From NCBI GenBank assembly GCA_964016885.1, contig OZ024743.1, forward strand, positions 82,584,001 through 82,648,000: DNA of 64,000 bases. Direction: 5' to 3'. The notes beneath the pieces were generated by a model. The model was not told the origin of the DNA. It ran no database searches and saw only the letters and a list, made by a program, of their open reading frames with translations. This document shows, piece after piece, positions 57,984 through 64,000 of the stretch (positions within the stretch are counted from its first letter, which is position 1; every line of letters begins with the position of its first letter). A program made the translations under genes and the position numbers. This stretch comes from Eledone cirrhosa. Lineage: Eukaryota.

Positions 57984-57994
57984 TATATATTATA

Positions 57995-58024
<30 letters not shown>

Positions 58025-58026
<2 letters not shown>

Positions 58027-58142
58027 GAAATGGCTTCTACAGGACTAGAACTGTTTCATTCGAAGGAAATCATTAGGAAAGCCATATCCTGATGATTTCC
58101 TTCAAATGAAACAGTTCTAGTCCTGTAGAAGCCATTTCTATA
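58025..58142. mobile_element. Family X fold-back with HHR-like core (58089-58122 +)
   Basis: ~50-bp arms; CUGAUGA-UUUCCUUCAAAU-GAAA-CAGUUC-UAGUC. Confidence 0.75.
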
Positions 58143-58313
58143 TTATATATATATAATTGAATATATGAGAGAGATGGACACAGATATAAGTTTACACGTG
58201 TTCCAATTGCAAAGGACCTTGTTAGTTAGGTTGAGAGAGAGAGAGAATATATATTTATGTTCTATGTAATACAATATATTAACAAATGGAAACTATATTT
58301 ATAAAACCATATT

Positions 58314-58379
58314 TATTTCATTATACATATTTCAAGGGCCACCAAGGCAAATTATGGTGCGCTTTCATCAGATAAAATA
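58314..58379 (-). ncRNA. Type I hammerhead ribozyme (family F)
   Basis: UAUUUUAU-CUGAUGA-AAGCGCACCA...UGGUGGCCCUU-GAAA-UAUGUA-UA^AUGAAAUA. Confidence 0.8.
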
Positions 58380-58443
58380 TAATTGTTTCTACTTTAGGCA
58401 CAAGGCCAGCAAAATACCCAGTGCATTACTGGTACTTTATTTT

Positions 58444-58478
<35 letters not shown>

Positions 58479-58529
58479 ATATATATATATTTTATATATA
58501 TATATATATTTTATATATATATATATATA

Positions 58530-58572
<43 letters not shown>

Positions 58573-58584
58573 ATATATATATAT

Positions 58585-58830
58585 TTGTCCTGCGTCTCCA
58601 ACAGACCAGTGTCTGTCCTTAGGGCATCAACATACGTTAACCTTGATCTTCCTCTTCTAGTGCGTCCATGTAGGGGCTCCCAAAGGAGCACTGAGTGCAA
58701 TGTCAACTCTGGATGTCGGTGAGCATGTCCAGCTAACCCCAATCTCCTCTGTGTCACTTTTGAGCTGACTTTGCGATATGGCAGCGATAATGAGGGACAG
58801 AGACCGCTGGAGAGAACTCGTCCATGGATC
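58585..58830 (-). pseudogene. RTE/RTE-X-type LINE C-terminal fragment
   Basis: QRRLGLAGHAHRHPEL...VLLWEPLHGRTRRGRSRLTYVDALRTDTG. Confidence 0.8.
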
Positions 58831-59624
58831 TCGGGAGTTTTACCCGCCTTAGATAGATAGATATATATATATACATATATATAAGTAGCAACACAACAGT
58901 TAGTTCACCATACCCAGAAAAAATGTTTCTCACCTTAGCGGATCCTCAGCTCGGACTGTATATATGTATGTATGTATGTGTGTGTGTGTGTGTGTGTTAT
59001 ATTTCTTGTATATTTACTTTTGTAAATCATTTTTGTGTTTTTTACCCACGATAAATAACCCGGCCATCTTCTACATCACCACTACCACCTCTTACCTACA
59101 CCACCACCTCTTACCTACACTACCACCACCTCATATCTATGCACCCTCTCACCCCCACCATCACTTCTTACCTACACCACCACCACCTCTTATCTACACA
59201 CCCTCTCACCCCCACGACCACCTCTTACCACCACCCCCATCTTTCACCGCCTCTTATCTATACGCCCCTCCCTTACCACTACCACCACCCCTCTATTATC
59301 TATACACCCCTCTTACTTACACACTCCTCTCTATTCCTTTTTCTTCTATTTCTTCCTTTATTTCCTTCTGTCTTCCCGGTTTATCATAACTCTGTATCTC
59401 TCTCTCTCTCTCTCTCCTTACATCTCTCTCTCTCTCTCCTTACATCTCTCTATCTAACTTTTCAATTACGCTTTTCTCAATCCTTAAACAAACACACACA
59501 CTCATTTCTCACGAATGGAACAGTTCTAGTCCTGTAGAAGCTCTTCTATATTAAAACTGTTATACTCTGCTATGTATCGAGTACCTTACTGTGTTTACCC
59601 CCAATTCAACCCGCAATTACTTAC

Positions 59625-59664
<40 letters not shown>

Positions 59665-59934
59665 TTAATAAATGTATATATATGTAGACATATAATGTAT
59701 ATATATATATATACATACCGATATATATATATGTGTGTGTGTGCATAGCTACATACATATCCATATAGACACATACTTGCAATAAAACCTTTTCACACGT
59801 ACATACACATACTAATACAATATGCATATCCACATAGGTACATCTACTCATAATCACATATACTCATATACACATATACACATATACAGTAATCTCTTTC
59901 ACACACCCACATCCTTTCTTTTGTATTTCTTTCA

Positions 59935-60870
59935 CTTACCAGATACACCGCCCCACCACACCCCCACCACCACCACCACATCAGATACACCGCCCCACCA
60001 TCACCACCAGATACACCGCCCCACCACCACCACCAGATACACCGCCCCACCACTACCACCAGATACACCGCCCCACCTCACTCCCGCCACCCCATCACCA
60101 CCACCACACCAGATACACCGCCCCACCTCACCCCCACCACCACACCAGATACACCGCCCCACCTCACCCCCACCACCACACCAGATACACCGCCCCACCT
60201 CACGCCACCACCACACCAGTTACACCGCCCCACCACCACATCAGATACCTCCCCACCAGATACCCCCCCACCACCATAACACAGATACACCGCCCACCAC
60301 CACAACCCCACCACCACCATCACTAAACACTCCTACTAACGTCACCGCCACCAACAACCTGTATCACCATGACACCACCGCCACCATAGTATTAAATAGA
60401 ATCCATAACCGCCATTATCGCCACCACCGTCAATACAATCTTTAAAGACACTACTACTACTACTACTACTGATACTGTTACTACTACTACTACTGTTACT
60501 ACTACTACTACTACTACTGTTACTACTACTACTATTACTACTACCCTCCGACTACTACTACTACTACTACTACTACTCTTACTACTACCCTTCTACTACT
60601 ACTACTACTACTACTGTACTACTACCTCCTCGTTACTACTACTACTCCTAACCCCCCTCCTACTACGGCTAGTACAGTCCCCCGCCTCCGACACCACCAT
60701 CACTAGCTACTACAATTACTATCAAACCACCACCACCCTACTACTACAACTTCCACCACCACCGTCACTACTACACACCCCTCCACCACCTCCCTCACTA
60801 CAACGCACTCCTCTACCACCTCCACCCCCACCACCACTCTCACTACTACAACCTCCACCACCGTCATCAC
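59935..60870. repeat. ~24-30-bp ccagatacaccgccccacc repeat followed by (CTA)n/(CCA)n
   Basis: Direct reading. Confidence 0.85.
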
Positions 60871-61479
60871 TATCTACATGTCTTTCTTTTCCTCGTTATT
60901 TTCTAGTTACACTCCCCTCCTACCATCACCACCACCATACTCCCCCTTTCTCATCTTATCACTACAACACACACACACACACCTCTGTAGTGTGCACACA
61001 CACACACATATACCTCTGTAGTCTGAACATGGATTCACACACATTAGTGTGAACATGCATATACATAATTATACTACTACGCATATTTATACACACACAC
61101 ATTCGTATACTCATATAGATAAATATGGAAAAGCATGCAAACACACACAGCTCTCTCTCACACATTCTCACTGACACACGTACACATACACGTAACTGCG
61201 ACTGACACACACAGATATACACTGACGGACACACGTACACACAGATTCACATGCATGATATAGACACACGTACACGCGCAGCTACACATGAACACATACG
61301 ACCGCACAGACACACGCATACACAGATAGACAGTCAAACGCACACACGTACACAGACACATACAATACAGAGACAAACGTACACAGACACATACAATACA
61401 GAGACAAACGTACACACATACACAGCCAAACGTACACACACACAGACACAGATAGACAGTCAACAGTACACACACACAC

Positions 61480-62575
61480 AGAGACACATACAGCCAACCG
61501 TACACACACACACAGCCTGACAGACACACACAACCAACCGTACACACACACACAGCCAACCGTACACACACACACACAGCCTGACAGACACATACAGCCA
61601 ACCGTACACACACACACAGCCTGACAGACACATACAGCCAACCGTACACACAAACACACAGCCTGACAGACACATACAACCAACCGTACACACACACACA
61701 GCCAACCGTACACACACACACACACAGCCTGACAGACACACACAACCAACCGTACACACACACACACAGCCTGACAGACACATACAGCCAACCGTACACA
61801 CACAGCCTGACAGACACATACAGCCAACCGTACACACACACACACACACAGCCTGACAGCCACATACAGCCAACCGTACACACACACACACACACACAGC
61901 CTGACAGACACATACAGCCAACCGTACACACACACACAGCCTGACAGACACATACAACCAACCGTACACACACACACAGCCTGACAGCCACATACAGCCA
62001 ACCGTACACACACACACAGCCTGACAGACACATACAACCAACCGTACACACACACACAGCCTGACAGCCACATACAGCCAACCGTACACACACACACAGC
62101 CTGACAGACACATACAACCAACCGTACACACACACACAGCCTGACAGCCACATACAGCCAACCGTACACACACACACACAGCCTGACAGACACATACAGC
62201 CAACCGTATACACACACACACAGCCTGACAGCCACATACAGCCAATCGTACACACACACACACAGCCTGACAGACACATACAGCCAACCGTACACACACA
62301 CAGCCTGACAGACACATACAACCAACCGTACACACACACACAGCCTGACAGCCACATACAGCCAACCGTACACACACACACACAGCCTGACAGACACATA
62401 CAGCCAACCGTACACACACACACACAGCCTGACAGACACATACAGCCAACCGTACACACACACACACAGCCAACCGTACACACACACACACAGCCTGACA
62501 GCCACATACAACCAACCGTACACACACACACACAGCCTGACAGACACATACAGCCAACCGTACACACACACACAT
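61480..62575. repeat. ~40-bp minisatellite agcctgacagacacatacagccaaccgt(ac)n
   Basis: Direct reading, about 25 units with variable (AC)n. Confidence 0.95.
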
Positions 62576-62822
62576 ATATCGAGTGCTCCTATGACAAGGC
62601 AGTTCACAAAAGCAACTCAGTTCTCAATCGATACGACACAGTCTCGATCGCAATATCGAGCTACGACCGCGTAAAACACATTTCTATTAATGTTATAATA
62701 GTAAATATAGTTATAATAATTAGTATTACTATATTAATACATTTCATATTTCCACGGATACCAGTTATGGAGGAACAGCAAGAAGTTTAATATGGAATTA
62801 TTATTGATAATATCAGTTTAAT

Positions 62823-62868
<46 letters not shown>

Positions 62869-62899
62869 CACATACACATACGCGCATACACAAACACAC

Positions 62900-62974
<75 letters not shown>

Positions 62975-63036
62975 GATATATATATATATATATATAAATG
63001 AGAGGTATAAAGATTGTTTTAGCAAGAAGCTAACGG

Positions 63037-63159
<123 letters not shown>

Positions 63160-63596
63160 CACACACACAAACGGAGAAAATACAAGCCAAAACAACCGCA
63201 GCCCTATAAAAGGGTTCGCAGGAAAAAAAGTTTATCCCTGGCCACACCTTGCCGTTTTGTAGTCCCCTACATTTCATACATACCTTCATATATATATATA
63301 TATATATACAACGTACAATGGTAGGTTGTATAGATATATGTATGTATGTATCTTTATTAGTAACACCCCCCTTATACAATTATAACAAAGTTTATATGTG
63401 AAATTTGGTCCCTGATTTATTAACCAAAATGTGGACGTAAAACGTAGGAATCGTGTTTACTCTAAGTTATGTTAAAAAGAGGATCAACTCCCGAATGACT
63501 ATGTGTAGTCACTGGTATTGGGTCCCACCCGAAGAAAAGGAAAATATATATATTGGTACGTATTTAAAATTCATTTATCCAATCTGTATACATATT

Positions 63597-63635
<39 letters not shown>

Positions 63636-63752
63636 TGTGTATTTATATACATACATACATATGCTTAATATGTAGATTTAATTATTTACAAAATATTCAT
63701 ATATTTATATTTATGTGTGTATAGTATATATAGTATGTATGTATATATAGTA

Positions 63753-63795
<43 letters not shown>

Positions 63796-64000
63796 CAAAA
63801 AGTATGACCCCGACGGCAGAGCTCAAGCCGCTTCGACGGCTATTTCTGGACGAAACGGCTTGAGCTCTGCCGTCGGGGTCATACTTTTTCCTATTACCCA
63901 CTCTACTACCCTAAGTATTGAGTACTCCGGTGCGTTATGGTCCATCTGGTACCTTACCACACATCCTTCGTTATATATATATATATATATATATGTGTGT

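Overview
AT-rich, non-coding eukaryotic DNA, probably from an octopus or other cephalopod (inferred from the tRNA-derived SINE families and extreme (TA)n/(TG)n/(AG)n density). No credible host protein-coding gene is visible; nearly all ORF-track entries are translations of simple repeats. Recognisable content: about 15 SINE copies or fragments, degraded LINE pieces (Tx1/L1-like RT and Zn knuckle, two RTE-like C-termini), an internally deleted mariner, a tRNA-Glu-like pseudogene, and three large minisatellites (40, 22 and 39 bp units), two of which look SINE-derived. The main hidden signal is a dense set of short non-coding elements in or beside (TA)n tracts that carry type I hammerhead ribozyme (HHR) motifs. 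By eye I find about 19 canonical cores, 4 with a compensatory U3-A8 core and several decayed ones, from about 10 unrelated sequence families. These elements often form fold-back (inverted) pairs, some have defined 5' ends, and some occur as circularly permuted copies. This points to a diverse Penelope-pLTR or retrozyme-like non-autonomous retroelement system. All structures were read manually and need computational and experimental confirmation.
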